Positions 18,418 through 29,159 of a DNA stretch of 50,682 nt are shown here, piece by piece. Both the position numbers and the translations under genes were made by a program. Source of the DNA: an uncultured Nitrospiraceae bacterium (GTDB taxonomy: Bacteria > Pseudomonadota > Gammaproteobacteria > Acidiferrobacterales > SPGG2); assembly GCA_964347935.1 (NCBI GenBank), contig CAYGAS010000078.1:1-50682 (forward strand). The letters are read 5' to 3'. Position 1 is the stretch's first letter; every line of letters starts with the position of its first letter. A model generated the notes under the pieces. That model did not search any database, had not been told where the DNA came from, and saw only the letters and a program-made list of their open reading frames with translations.

Positions 18418-19314
18418 CTAGAGTGCGCCGACCGCGCCCAGGATACGGCGCACCTCGTCAATGCCCTCGGGCGGTAACGGCGCCTGTGGCGGCAAGGGTG
18501 CACCGACGGCATAGCCCTGCAACGCAAGTGCGCCCTTGATGCAGGCGGCAAGGTGGTACTTCGCGAAGACCTGGTTCAAGGCCCAAAGCTTGCGTTGCAA
18601 ATCCATCACCTTGTCCCACTCGCCGCGCCGACAGAGCTCGTAGAGCTCGACACTTTGCCGCGGCACGACGCAGGCCGGGCCCGCCATCCAACCGACACCC
18701 CCAATCAGCATGACACAGGCCGGGATATGAGAGGAGGCTGCGAAGATACGCAAGCGGCCTTCAGTCCTGTTCATGATCGACAGCAAACGGCCCGTGTTGG
18801 TGGACGCTTCTTTGAGATACCTGATATTCGGGACCTCGCTGAGCCGCGCGATGGCCTCGAGGCTCAGGTCGGCCCTTTGAAATTGAGGATTGGTATATAG
18901 AACGACGGGCACGGACACTGCATTAGCGATCGCCGCGAAGTAAGCGATCACGCCTTCATCGGTTATCGGGAAATACGCCTCGAGCATGGCCAGCACGCCA
19001 TCGACGCCGAGCTGCTCCATCTCCTTGGCTTGAGCCACGCCGTCGGCGGTCGTCGTCGCCGCGACACCGGCAACCACGGGTACCCTGCCGCTCGCTGCTT
19101 GCACGACGACCTCAATGATGCGTTTCTTCTGGGGCCAGGCGAGGTAAGCGAACTCCCCCGTCGATCCCAATGGTGTCAGGCCGTGCACGCCGGCGGCGAT
19201 CAAGTCATCGACCAACCGTGCCAGTACCTCGGCCTTCACGTTGCCCTGATCGTCGATCGGGGAAACCAGATAAGGAAAGACACCGTGAAATTCTTTTGCC
19301 GCGTTCATGATCAA
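18418..19314 (-). CDS. Dihydrodipicolinate synthase/N-acetylneuraminate lyase family (DapA-like class I aldolase)
   Basis: 298 aa with [17 protein letters not shown] and [12 protein letters not shown]. Family-typical length. Confidence 0.88.
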   Translation of the reverse strand: MIMNAAKEFHGVFPYLVSPIDDQGNVKAEVLARLVDDLIAAGVHGLTPLGSTGEFAYLAWPQKKRIIEVVVQAASGRVPVVAGVAATTTADGVAQAKEMEQLGVDGVLAMLEAYFPITDEGVIAYFAAIANAVSVPVVLYTNPQFQRADLSLEAIARLSEVPNIRYLKEASTNTGRLLSIMNRTEGRLRIFAASSHIPACVMLIGGVGWMAGPACVVPRQSVELYELCRRGEWDKVMDLQRKLWALNQVFAKYHLAACIKGALALQGYAVGAPLPPQAPLPPEGIDEVRRILGAVGAL

Positions 19315-19337
19315 TATACGGCACCCCCGGTGCCGAC

Positions 19338-20351
19338 CTACACCGGTACGCCTTCAATCACACAAATATCCGATTGGGTCTCGATCATCCGTGCCAACGT
19401 AAAACCGGTCGACTCGAAGAGACTGCGATACTCGGCCTGTGTGCGCTCGCGACCGCCCTTGGTGACCACCAGCATCTGCAGGTCGAGAAACTTGCCATAG
19501 TCCGGATCGTTGCCAGGTGGAATCAGCACCTCGATCACCAACAGCCGTCCATCCTTGGCTATCGCGCGACGGCAGTTGCCGAGGATCCGCTGGCAGTCGT
19601 CGTCATCCCAGTCATGCAGGATATGTTTCAGTATGTAAGCGTTCCCGCCCGCCGGCACGGACTCGAAGAAATCCCCGCCGACTGCCCTGCAGCGATCGAC
19701 GACGCCCGCACCGGTGAGCCGCTCGCGGGCGTCAACCACCACATGCGACTGGTCATAGAGCACGCCACGCATCGATGGATGAGCATCCAAAATAGCCGCC
19801 AACAGCGTGCCGACACCCCCGCCGATGTCCACCAGCGTGTCGATGCCCACAAAATCATAAGCCTCAAGGACCGCGCGTGCCTCAGTGACAGTTTGCGCCG
19901 CCATGACCTCGTTGAAGATCTTGCCTTCGTCGGGATGGTCTTTCAGATAGCCAAAGAGATCTTTGCCATAGGCGTGCTGTATAGCGGGCTCGCCGGTCCT
20001 CGTGCTCTGCATCAGCTTGCCCCACGCGTGCCAATTGCCCTGCGCAGCATCGAACATCGCGCGCGCGTGCAACGAGTCGGGGGTGTCAGCCTTCAAGGGC
20101 TCGGCGAGCGGCGTAAGCGCAAAACGGCCATCGCCCTGCTCGCTGAATACGCCTTCGCTCGCGAGCACGCGCAACAAACGATAAAGAGACAGGGCGTGCG
20201 TGCCTGTAGCGGCGGCAAGCTCATCGATAGATCTGGGCCCATCGCTGAGCAGATCGGCAATGCCCAGCCTGGCGGCGACGGCCAGTGCCTGCGAGACCCG
20301 ATAACCGATGATCAGCCGTCGAAGTGCGTGTGTCGTTGACGAGTCGTGCAT
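19338..20351 (-). CDS. SAM-dependent O-methyltransferase (COMT/ASMT-like with N-terminal dimerisation/wHTH domain)
   Basis: 337 aa with SAM motif [11 protein letters not shown], plus [12 protein letters not shown] and a C-terminal [18 protein letters not shown]. Confidence 0.85.
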   Translation of the reverse strand: MHDSSTTHALRRLIIGYRVSQALAVAARLGIADLLSDGPRSIDELAAATGTHALSLYRLLRVLASEGVFSEQGDGRFALTPLAEPLKADTPDSLHARAMFDAAQGNWHAWGKLMQSTRTGEPAIQHAYGKDLFGYLKDHPDEGKIFNEVMAAQTVTEARAVLEAYDFVGIDTLVDIGGGVGTLLAAILDAHPSMRGVLYDQSHVVVDARERLTGAGVVDRCRAVGGDFFESVPAGGNAYILKHILHDWDDDDCQRILGNCRRAIAKDGRLLVIEVLIPPGNDPDYGKFLDLQMLVVTKGGRERTQAEYRSLFESTGFTLARMIETQSDICVIEGVPV

Positions 20352-20371
20352 AAGTACCGCTTGGGATCTGC

Positions 20372-21745
20372 TCAGCGGGCCGTCGATTTTCCAGCCGCGC
20401 CAAGCTTATAGAGCCAGGCGTAACCTGCGGCACCGGCGATCACCGAAGCGGCCAGAACGCCGAGCTTGGCATTGAGCAGCAGCTCGCTTTCGCCGCGAAA
20501 ACCGAGCTCGGCAATGAAGATCGACATGGTAAAGCCGATCCCCGCCAACAGGCCTATCCCGACCAGGTGGCTCAACCGGCAGCCCGCCGGCAGTTGCGCA
20601 AGCCCCAACCACACAACCAGACCCGACAGCGCGGCAATACCGAGGAGCTTCCCGCCCAGTAATCCCACGACCACACCCAGTGTTACGGGATCAGCCATTG
20701 CCGTCTTAACAGACGCAGGATCAATCGCAATGCCTGCATTGGCCAATGCAAACAGCGGCACGACGATAAATGCCGCTGGAACGTGCAACGTGTGTTCCAG
20801 TCGCTGCAGTGGCGATTCGACCTTGTGTACGCCGCTCTCGACAGCCTGCAAGATCGCGCGCTGCCGCTGGTCCTGAAGGAGCGTTTTGCCATCACCTTCC
20901 AAGCGCTCGAACTTGTCCATCAGATTACGGATGTACTGACTGAATCGCCTCGGCTCGAGCTTAGGACGCACGGGCACCGTCCATGCCACCAGTACCCCCG
21001 CGACCGTCGCGTGCACCCCGGATTCAAGCATGGCGAGCCAAACCAAGGCGCCGATGACAACAAGCGGTAAGGGGTGGCGCACGCCTGCCAGATTGAGAAC
21101 GATCAACAGTACAAGGAACAGGCCCGCGAGCGCCAACGCGCTCAATGCGAGCTGCTCCGTGTAGAAAACGGCAATCACGGCGACCGCGCCGAGATCGTCC
21201 ACGATCGCCACGGCAACCAGAAACGTGAACAAGGACTTTGGTACACGGCTCCCGAGTAGCGCCATGACGCCGAGCGCAAATGCGATATCCGTAGCCATCG
21301 GGATTCCCCAACCGCGGATACCCTCGCCGCCTGCAGTGATCAGGGTATACAGGGCCGCGGGTACCACCATACCGCCAACCGCGGCGACGACAGGCAGCAC
21401 CGCCGCGCGGGCGTCGGCAAGGTCACCGACAAGCACCTCACGTTTGATTTCCAGGCCGACGACGAAAAAAAACAGTGCCATCAAGCCGTCGTTGATCCAG
21501 TGATGCAGCGTGTGGTCAAGCCGCCAGGCGCCGATATTGAGTGCCACATGCGTGTGCAACACGCGCTCATACGCTTCGGCAAGCGGGCTGTTGGCCAATA
21601 TCAGGGCCAGGACCGTGCAAGCTATCAGTACGAAGCTGCCTGCCGTTTCCTGGTGAATGAATTCCTCAAATGGCGTAAGGATGCGACCGAAGGTCTTTTC
21701 CCACGGTGCATAATAGCTACTTGGTGACTGAAGCCGCTGGGCCAT
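20372..21745 (-). CDS. nhaA: Na+/H+ antiporter NhaA
   Basis: 457 aa, polytopic. NhaA signature regions WINDGLMALFFFVVGLEIKRE and AIVDDLGAV. Confidence 0.92.
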   Translation of the reverse strand: MAQRLQSPSSYYAPWEKTFGRILTPFEEFIHQETAGSFVLIACTVLALILANSPLAEAYERVLHTHVALNIGAWRLDHTLHHWINDGLMALFFFVVGLEIKREVLVGDLADARAAVLPVVAAVGGMVVPAALYTLITAGGEGIRGWGIPMATDIAFALGVMALLGSRVPKSLFTFLVAVAIVDDLGAVAVIAVFYTEQLALSALALAGLFLVLLIVLNLAGVRHPLPLVVIGALVWLAMLESGVHATVAGVLVAWTVPVRPKLEPRRFSQYIRNLMDKFERLEGDGKTLLQDQRQRAILQAVESGVHKVESPLQRLEHTLHVPAAFIVVPLFALANAGIAIDPASVKTAMADPVTLGVVVGLLGGKLLGIAALSGLVVWLGLAQLPAGCRLSHLVGIGLLAGIGFTMSIFIAELGFRGESELLLNAKLGVLAASVIAGAAGYAWLYKLGAAGKSTAR

Positions 21746-22135
21746 CTCTTAAGAGTCTCGGAGCTACCAAGCCCCTTACAAGCGGGCCTGCGCCTCGCTC
21801 GGCTGGCAGGTCGCTGTCGCGGGTAATGTGTCGATACGCAGCTGGGGCGCGGCCAACCGCAGACGCCCGATGCTAGGCGATCACGCTATTCAGAGCAAGC
21901 GCGACAAACGGCCGGCTGGCCTCATACTCATCGCCGGTCCGGCAATCCAGCGAGCTTACCCGTCCCGGCCGTGAAACACGGTCGTCAGTGATAAAAATAT
22001 TAATTTTTTGTGACACACTGTTGATTTATCAGCCATAGATTAATGTTGTTAATGGTGGATTACCGGACTCATCGTTACACGGGGATCTTTCATGCTGGCT
22101 TACGGTCTCAACCAAAGAGTACAATTGCAGCCACG

Positions 22136-22702
22136 ATGAAACGACGAATCCTGCTCAAAGGACTGGCGACCATTGCGTTAGCCAGCGGGCTGGCGCCAAG
22201 GGCGTTGGCGCAGAACCGTATGGGAACTGGGATAAACGTGGACGCGCTACAGCGTAACTGGAAGGATTTGCTGGCAGACGGTGCAGACGTCGCATTGAGC
22301 ACAGCACCCCTGGAGCGCTCGAACGCGGAATGGAAGACGGCCTTGGACCCCGCCCAATACCACGTCTTGCGCGAGGAAGGCACCGAGCGGCCGTTCACCA
22401 GCCCGTTGAACGATGAAAAGCGGCCCGGGGTTTTCGTCTGTGCGGGTTGCCGCCTGCCGCTATTTACGTCGGCGATGAAATACGACAGCGGGACCGGCTG
22501 GCCGAGTTTCTTCACGACGATCCGCGGTGCCGTCGCTACGAAAACCGATTACAAGCTGATCTGGCCGAGAACTGAATACCACTGCGCGCGCTGTGGCGGA
22601 CATCAGGGTCACGTGTTCAAGGACGGTCCGCCGCCCACTGGCCAACGCTGGTGCAACAACGGCGTGGCGTTGCGGTTCATTCCCAAGAACGGCAAGGCCT
22701 AG
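22136..22702 (+). CDS. msrB: Peptide-methionine (R)-S-oxide reductase MsrB with N-terminal twin-arginine-type signal peptide
   Basis: SelR core with two CxxC pairs (CAGC, CARC) and the active-site region RWCNNGVAL. Preferred start is ATG 22136, giving MKRRILLKGLATIALASGLAPRALAQ. The track start at 22043 adds an implausible leader. Confidence 0.88.
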   Translation: MKRRILLKGLATIALASGLAPRALAQNRMGTGINVDALQRNWKDLLADGADVALSTAPLERSNAEWKTALDPAQYHVLREEGTERPFTSPLNDEKRPGVFVCAGCRLPLFTSAMKYDSGTGWPSFFTTIRGAVATKTDYKLIWPRTEYHCARCGGHQGHVFKDGPPPTGQRWCNNGVALRFIPKNGKA

Positions 22703-22807
22703 TCGCCAACCGTCAAGGTCTCAAGCACCGATCGTCGCGAGGACGTCGAAACGCGGCGGTCACGGTCGGGCGCTCAACCTTGGCAGCCCGATCGATTGGA
22801 GTCGTCT

Positions 22808-23959
22808 CTAGTTCCTTTGGCTGCGACGACGCAGTTCTTCGATCATCACCATAGTGAGAGCGAAGGTTTTCAGATCAATCTGCGGGTCGCGGTAGTAGTG
22901 GTCAAGCCCGATATCCGTAATCACGCCGCTGCCTGATATCACTTCGTCAAGCAGCAAGGTCAGACCGTCGTTTGGGCCGATCTTTCTGATGACCTTGTAA
23001 CGCTTGCGCACGTGCTTTTTGATGTGGCCGGAAAGGGGCGTACCGACGTACTGCAACAGCAGGACATGTTCCGGAAACTCGAGGCCTTCGAATACAGGGC
23101 GGCGAACTTTGGTGCGCAGGTTGGGGATCACGCGCGGATCGAGGCGGCGTTGGCGGTAGACAATACTCGCAACCCATTTCCTCGGCCACTTCCATGCCCA
23201 GTCGGCATACGGGCTGCCGCGCAATATGCCGCCAATACTGAGCCAGGCGACGACTGCCCGGCTTTGCTGCGATGGGAGCTCCCGGCCCAATGCGAGTGCG
23301 GCCTCGGCGCCGCCTTTGCTCGCGCTGATTAGCACTATTGGCCGGCCTTGGCGGGACAGGCGGGCAATGTCATCGGCGATAATGCGGGCATTGGGCTCGA
23401 CATTGCCAAGCTCGTCGGTCTCCACGAGCACGGTGTCGAACCCTGCGCTACCCAGCAGACGGCGCTGGCGCGCGAAATCGGCACCCGTCTCAGGACGAGT
23501 CTGGTAGGCATATCCCGGGATGAAGACGAGCAGATACTCTAGATACTCAGGTGGAACGTTGAATTTGCCCACGCTGTGGGCGACCCGAATCGAGGACAGC
23601 TGATCGAAAAAAGCGTTTTGCAGACGCGAATTGAAGTTTTCACGATAGGTCCGATCGAGAAAATAAAGGGTCGCAAGGTCGACGGAAAATTCCCGTGTAA
23701 GGTACTGGAGAAGTTTGTTCGAAAGCGGCTGCCGATCCGCGTGCGCTAGGGCTGCATCAAGCCGTGGCGCTTCGGGGGCGCGCTCACCCGGAAGGTAATG
23801 CTCGAGATAATCGCGGGCAAATTTACCATCGACTGAGGTGTCGATTGTATGACCGGCCACCTGTCCAATGGCGGCGTAGCGCACAGGCGCGCACGCTGCA
23901 CCGAGCAGCACCGCTAACAACAAAGGAAGTAAAATTTTTTCGCTTGTCACGAAGTGCAT
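22808..23959 (-). CDS. Predicted lipoprotein, possible alpha/beta-hydrolase-like, unknown function
   Basis: 383 aa with the lipobox-like N-terminus LLLAVLLGAAC. Possible Ser-Asp-His elements (ISASKGG, GPNDGL, GLDHYY). No family recognised. Confidence 0.6.
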   Translation of the reverse strand: MHFVTSEKILLPLLLAVLLGAACAPVRYAAIGQVAGHTIDTSVDGKFARDYLEHYLPGERAPEAPRLDAALAHADRQPLSNKLLQYLTREFSVDLATLYFLDRTYRENFNSRLQNAFFDQLSSIRVAHSVGKFNVPPEYLEYLLVFIPGYAYQTRPETGADFARQRRLLGSAGFDTVLVETDELGNVEPNARIIADDIARLSRQGRPIVLISASKGGAEAALALGRELPSQQSRAVVAWLSIGGILRGSPYADWAWKWPRKWVASIVYRQRRLDPRVIPNLRTKVRRPVFEGLEFPEHVLLLQYVGTPLSGHIKKHVRKRYKVIRKIGPNDGLTLLLDEVISGSGVITDIGLDHYYRDPQIDLKTFALTMVMIEELRRRSQRN

Positions 23960-24365
23960 TTCGGCGATCCAGCTTTAGACTTAGACCGGACCGGCGAGTA
24001 GGGTAACACGTCTCAGGGCACGTAGGCGGAACGTCGGCAGCGGTAGCCGGCGACATCGGCGTACAGAATCGCTGCCAGTCTTCTGGGAAGGCGGTCGGCG
24101 CGCACGGTCTGCTCCGTGCCCGTGTTAAGCTGCCGAATAATCACTCATTGCGTCCCGACCGGCAATAAAGGCGGTTCAGACACCGCGCGCGAGGCCGGTG
24201 GCGCGTTAGTATCACCGCCGAAACTGGCCGCCCAGTGCATGGCGTGGGTTGACGTCTGGAAAAGCACCACCGGTTCGCCTATCCTTCATGATCCTACACA
24301 CATCGGACCATTTTTCGCTGGAGATCCCAGTAAAAATGTGCCGTTAAGGACCGCCAGCGAACACT

Positions 24366-25556
24366 ATGCTGCCACCGCCGAAGCTCGTGCAAGCTAAATC
24401 GACGAGCGAACACCATGCTGAGGGCGACCCTTCGAAGAAGCACGACGACACTTGGTCTAACGTCTTGGCCGTACTATCTCGTGCCCGATCACTGAACAAG
24501 CCCCTCCGTCTTATCGCTATTATCTTCGTATCGGTCTTCGTGTTCGAAGCTGTAGTGATGTTAGTTCTGGCGTCACTGCCCTCGCTACCACGTTATCTCC
24601 AGGCCCTGATAGATGCGACGCTGTTGTCGCTGCTCTTGATGCCTGTTCTGTTTTTTTTCCTATACAAACCGCTCGGACAGCTTATCGAACAGCATAACCA
24701 AGCCATTCAGTCACTCGTGGCAAGCGACAAGAGATTTCACGATATAGCAGAGAGCGCCAATGAGTGGATTTGGGAAGTCAATGCCGAAGGTCAGTACACT
24801 TACGCGAGCCCTGTCGTTGAGAAGATCTTGGGCTATAAGCCTGAGGAGATTCTCGGCAAATATTTCTACGATCTCTTTTACCCAGACGACAGGGATGCTG
24901 TGAAGGATGAAGCATTGAAGGTCTTCGCCGCAAAAGAATCCTTCCGCGGGTTTATGAACCGTAATATCCACAAGAACGGAAAATCTGTCTGGCTGGTCAC
25001 CAGCGGGATACCATTGCTAGATGAAAACGGCGAGTTGCTCGGCTACAGAGGCACCGACACCGTCAAGCATGACGAGTCCGCGATTACCGATATGCTCACC
25101 GGGCTTCTGAATCGTCAGGGGTTCTTCCTCTTCGCCGAGCAACAGCTGCGGATGGCTGTTCGCAACAATCTGCAGGTGGCCCTTTTGTTCGCTGACATGG
25201 ATAACCTTAAGGCGATAAACGACAGATTTGGCCATTCAGAGGGTGATCGTGCCTTGATCGATGTAGCGCAAATACTCAAGAAATCCATACGTGAGTCTGA
25301 TACCGTTGCTCGCTTCGGGGGCGATGAATTTGTAGTGTTCCTGACAGGCTCAACAACCACGGGTGTCAAGCAGGTCGTGGCGAAGAATATCGAAAAGGAA
25401 CTTGACGCCTTCAATGCGTCGAAAAGCCGTAAATACCAGCTGTCGATTAGTGTTGGCCTTGCACTGCGTGATGTTGAGCATCCCAGTTCGCTGGATGAAC
25501 TGGTGTTGCGGGCCGACCATTCCATGTACGAGCAAAAGAAGAAAGGTCGTTCATAA
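24366..25556 (+). CDS. Membrane-anchored PAS-GGDEF diguanylate cyclase
   Basis: 396 aa with two N-terminal TM helices, a PAS-like block (FHDIAESANEWIWEVNAEGQYTYASPVVEKILGYKPEEILGK), and a GGDEF domain with an intact RFGGDEF active site. Confidence 0.9.
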   Translation: MLPPPKLVQAKSTSEHHAEGDPSKKHDDTWSNVLAVLSRARSLNKPLRLIAIIFVSVFVFEAVVMLVLASLPSLPRYLQALIDATLLSLLLMPVLFFFLYKPLGQLIEQHNQAIQSLVASDKRFHDIAESANEWIWEVNAEGQYTYASPVVEKILGYKPEEILGKYFYDLFYPDDRDAVKDEALKVFAAKESFRGFMNRNIHKNGKSVWLVTSGIPLLDENGELLGYRGTDTVKHDESAITDMLTGLLNRQGFFLFAEQQLRMAVRNNLQVALLFADMDNLKAINDRFGHSEGDRALIDVAQILKKSIRESDTVARFGGDEFVVFLTGSTTTGVKQVVAKNIEKELDAFNASKSRKYQLSISVGLALRDVEHPSSLDELVLRADHSMYEQKKKGRS

Positions 25557-25759
25557 CGATCACTGCCCGCAGCACAGGTATCACGGCGGTCCACGATCGT
25601 GTCACTCAGATTGGCGCCAACGCGAAACTGCATGTTGCGGTCTTTAGGGGAGGGTGTCGACGGCGTCGCATTTGGCGAGCGTCGCCGACGCGGTGCATCA
25701 CTTCGCCTTGGCGATTTCCATATGCCGTGGACTTTAACCAAGTGCGGCAAGTATAAGCG

Positions 25760-28700
25760 CTACATATTCCGCCGGTACTCGCCGCCGACTTCGAACAGCG
25801 CCTCTGTGATCTGACCGAGTGAACAACAGCGCACCGCATCCATTAGCACCACAAATACGTTTTCGTTTTTCATGGCGGCCCGTTGCAGCCACTCGAGCAT
25901 CTGCGGTGCCGTGTCCGCATGACGCTGCTGGAAAGCGTGTAAACGTTTTAATTGGCTTTGCTTTTCTTCCTCGGTCGAGCGGATGAGCTCGAGCTTTTCC
26001 GGAATCGCGTCGCCGTGCGGATTCTTGAAGGTATTCACACCGATGATCGGGTAGGAGCCATCGTGTTTTCGGTGCTCGTAGTACAGTGACTCCTCCTGGA
26101 TCTTGCCGCGCTGGTAACCGGTCTCCATCGCCCCGAGCACGCCGCCGCGCTCGGAGAGCCTTTCGAACTCCTTTAGCACCGCTTCTTCGACCAGATCGGT
26201 AAGCTCCTCGATGATAAACGAGCCCTGGTTCGGGTTCTCGTTCTTCGCCACGCCCCATTCCTTGTTGATGATCATCTGGATCGCCATGGCCCGCCGCACA
26301 GACTCCTCGGTGGGGGTGGTGATGGCCTCGTCGTAGGCATTGGTGTGCAGCGAGTTGGTGTTATCGTAGGTCGAGATCAGCGCTTGCAACGTCGTGCGGA
26401 TATCGTTAAACGCGATCTCCTGCGCGTGCAGGGAACGCCCGCTCGTCTGCGAATGAAACTTGAGCTTCTGGCTGCGTTCGTTCGCGCCGTAACGCTCGCG
26501 CATCGCCACCGCCCAGATGCGCCGCGCCACGCGCCCGAGCACGGCGTACTCCGGGTCCATGCCGTAGGAAAAGAAGAACGACAGGTTCGGCGCGAAGTCA
26601 TTCACGTGCATACCGCGGGCGAGGTAGGCCTCGACATAGGTGAAACCGTTGGCAAGCGTGAAGGCGAGCTGGCTGATCGGGTTCGCCCCGGCCTCGGCAA
26701 TGTGATAACCCGATATCGAAACCGAGTAGAAGTTGCGGATTTGGTTTTCAATGAAATATTCCTGGATGTCGCCCATCATCCGCAGGCTGAACTCGGTCGA
26801 AAAGATGCAGGTGTTCTGACCCTGGTCTTCCTTGAGAATGTCGGCCTGCACCGTGCCGCGCACGTTTTCCAGCGTCCACGCCTTGATCGTGGCGATTTCC
26901 TCCTCGGTGGGCGGACGACCGTTATCACGTTCGAATCGGTCCAACTGCTGGTCGATGGCGGTGTTGAGGAACATCGCCAGAATCGTCGGCGCCGGCCCGT
27001 TGATCGTCATCGACACGGACGTCCTCGGATCACAAAGGTCAAAGCCGTCATAGAGCACCTTCATGTCGTCGAGGGTGGCGATGGACACACCGGAGTTGCC
27101 GACCTTTCCGTAAATATCAGGGCGCTCGTTGGGGTCGTAGCCGTAGAGCGTGACCGAGTCGAAGGCCGTGGAAAGGCGCTTGGCGGCATAGTCTTTGGAG
27201 AGATACTTGAAGCGGCGGTTGGTACGGAAGGCATCCCCTTCGCCGGCAAACATACGGGTTGGGTCCTCCTCTTCGCGCTTGAAGGGGAAAACACCCGCGG
27301 TATACGGGAAGGTGCCGGGTAAATTCTCCAGCAACAACCAGCGCAGCAGCTCGCCGTGATCTTCATAGCGAGGCAGCCCGACCTTGGGGATCTGGGTGCC
27401 AGAGAGCGTCGTGTACTGGAGTGGTGTACGGATCTCTCTATCGCGGATCTTAACGACGTACTCCTCCCCGGTATAGCTGTCCTTGATTTTGGGCCAGATG
27501 TCGATCAACTTGCGTGCCCGGGGATCCATGGCTTGCTCGCGCTCGGCGATCAGCTTAGCGAGCGCCGCGGCGTCTTGGCCGGATTCGCCTAGCATGCGCT
27601 GCGACTCGACCAGCTGCTGACGCTCGCGGGCGAGACGTACCTGCTCGCCGACGGTCTCTTTGTAACCGCGCACCGTCTCGGCAATCTCGGCGAGGTAGCG
27701 CTGCCGGGCAGGCGGGACGATGACCGTCTCGCCGGTCGAGACCTTGACGCCGGCAGCGGGCAGGCGGCCGTGGCGCTCCCATACTCCCTTTTCGCGCATG
27801 CGCGCAGTGAGCCCCTGGTAGAGCGCCGTCACCCCATCGTCGTTGAAATGCGCGGCGACGGTGCCGTAGACCGGCATCTCCTCGATGGGCGCGGAAAAGG
27901 CCTGGTGATTGCGTTGTATCTGCTTGCGCACGTCGCGCAAGGCGTCCTGCGCACCGCGGCGATCGAACTTGTTGATCGCCACCAGATCAGCGAAGTCGAG
28001 CATGTCGATTTTTTCGAGCTGGCTGGCGGCGCCGAACTCCGGTGTCATGACATAGAGCGACACATCGGCAAACGGCACGATACCCGCGTCACCCTGGCCG
28101 ATACCGGGCGTCTCGATGATAACCAGATCGAAACCCGCCACCTTGGTCGCGGCGATAATTTCCGGTAGCGTCTTCGGCAGCTCGCGTTGCGCCTGCCGCG
28201 TGGCGAGCGAACGCATATAGATAGTGGGCACGTGGATGGCATTCATGCGGATACGGTCACCGAGCAAGGCGCCGCCGGTCTTGCGCCGCGAAGGATCGAC
28301 GGCGATGATGGCAATCTTCAACGCGTCGTCGTGATCCAGCCGGAAGCGCAGCACGAGCTCGTCGGTCAATGACGACTTGCCCGCACCGCCGGTGCCGGTG
28401 ATGCCGATGACCGGGACACTCGCGCTTAACTTTGCCGCTCGCCTCGCGATCTCTTGAGCCTGATCTTTTGCGAGCACCCCGTTCTCAAGCGCGGTGATAA
28501 AACGGGCAAGGGCGCGCCAGTCGCCTTTGGCCAAGGCCTCGACATCGGGCGGTACCTGTGCGGCGGGATCGAAGTCGCTCTGCGCGAGCATGTCGTCGAT
28601 GATTCCCTGCAGGCCCATGCGTTGCCCGTCATCGGGAGAGTAGACACGGGCGACGCCGTACTCTTCGAGCTCGCGAATCTCGGCGGGCACGATGACGCCG

Positions 28701-29032
28701 CCGCCGCCGCCGAACACGCGGATGTCGCCGGCCCCGCGCTCGCGTAACAGGTCCAGCATGTACTTGAAGAACTCGATGTGGCCACCCTGGTAAGAGCTAA
28801 CGGCGATGGCTTGCACATCTTCCTGAATGGCCGCGGTCACGATCTCATCGACCGCGCGGTTGTGCCCGAGATGGATGACCTCGCTTCCGGAGGCCTGGAG
28901 GATGCGGCGGATGATGTTTATCGACGCATCGTGGCCGTCGAACAAGCTCGCCGCCGTCACCACGCGGATCTGATGGCGGGTGCGGTAACCCTTGTGGAGC
29001 GCTGTCACCTTCTTGGTAGCTGCCTGCGCCAT
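25760..29032 (-). CDS. icmF: Fused isobutyryl-CoA mutase IcmF (B12-binding domain + MeaB-like GTPase + mutase barrel)
   Basis: 1090 aa. N-terminal B12 motif [11 protein letters not shown]-domain P-loop [18 protein letters not shown]-terminal mutase barrel with [26 protein letters not shown] and FHSQTSG. Confidence 0.92.
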   Translation of the reverse strand: MAQAATKKVTALHKGYRTRHQIRVVTAASLFDGHDASINIIRRILQASGSEVIHLGHNRAVDEIVTAAIQEDVQAIAVSSYQGGHIEFFKYMLDLLRERGAGDIRVFGGGGGVIVPAEIRELEEYGVARVYSPDDGQRMGLQGIIDDMLAQSDFDPAAQVPPDVEALAKGDWRALARFITALENGVLAKDQAQEIARRAAKLSASVPVIGITGTGGAGKSSLTDELVLRFRLDHDDALKIAIIAVDPSRRKTGGALLGDRIRMNAIHVPTIYMRSLATRQAQRELPKTLPEIIAATKVAGFDLVIIETPGIGQGDAGIVPFADVSLYVMTPEFGAASQLEKIDMLDFADLVAINKFDRRGAQDALRDVRKQIQRNHQAFSAPIEEMPVYGTVAAHFNDDGVTALYQGLTARMREKGVWERHGRLPAAGVKVSTGETVIVPPARQRYLAEIAETVRGYKETVGEQVRLARERQQLVESQRMLGESGQDAAALAKLIAEREQAMDPRARKLIDIWPKIKDSYTGEEYVVKIRDREIRTPLQYTTLSGTQIPKVGLPRYEDHGELLRWLLLENLPGTFPYTAGVFPFKREEEDPTRMFAGEGDAFRTNRRFKYLSKDYAAKRLSTAFDSVTLYGYDPNERPDIYGKVGNSGVSIATLDDMKVLYDGFDLCDPRTSVSMTINGPAPTILAMFLNTAIDQQLDRFERDNGRPPTEEEIATIKAWTLENVRGTVQADILKEDQGQNTCIFSTEFSLRMMGDIQEYFIENQIRNFYSVSISGYHIAEAGANPISQLAFTLANGFTYVEAYLARGMHVNDFAPNLSFFFSYGMDPEYAVLGRVARRIWAVAMRERYGANERSQKLKFHSQTSGRSLHAQEIAFNDIRTTLQALISTYDNTNSLHTNAYDEAITTPTEESVRRAMAIQMIINKEWGVAKNENPNQGSFIIEELTDLVEEAVLKEFERLSERGGVLGAMETGYQRGKIQEESLYYEHRKHDGSYPIIGVNTFKNPHGDAIPEKLELIRSTEEEKQSQLKRLHAFQQRHADTAPQMLEWLQRAAMKNENVFVVLMDAVRCCSLGQITEALFEVGGEYRRNM

Positions 29033-29088
29033 GGTGTCCTCCTCGGTCCTGGCCGTGGCAATGCTTGACTCGCTTGTAATTCTGGATT

Positions 29089-29104
29089 ACGTTTACGTAA
29101 ACGT
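29089..29104. promoter_or_regulatory. 16-bp perfect palindrome ACGTTTACGTAAACGT; candidate LiuR (MerR-type) operator in the icmF/liuR divergent spacer
   Basis: Read directly. On the icmF-facing strand it sits inside TTGACG-N17-CAGAAT, filling a -35/-10 spacer. An identical 16-mer recurs at 37092-37107. Confidence 0.6.
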
Positions 29105-29159
29105 CAACCTATTCGCTGCCTAGAGCACGCCCAGCGGGCAGAAACCGCGGTTTGGCCGT

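Noticed and set aside
19374-20339. 321-aa plus-strand ORF opposite the O-methyltransferase gene
   Set aside because: It is an antisense shadow of a gene with clear SAM-binding motifs, and it has no recognisable domain of its own.
24356-24420. 16-nt direct repeat AGCGAACAC[T/C]ATGCTG (24356-24371 and 24405-24420) spanning the GGDEF gene start, offering a second ATG
   Set aside because: The offset is 49 nt, so the second ATG (24415) is out of frame and opens only a 27-codon ORF. This is probably a chance match or a small local duplication. I kept ATG 24366 as the start.
26345-27322. 325-aa plus-strand ORF inside icmF (and other 60-170-aa ORFs within 25734-29068)
   Set aside because: icmF reads as one uninterrupted 1090-aa protein with all three expected domains. 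The opposite-strand and off-frame ORFs are compositional artefacts.
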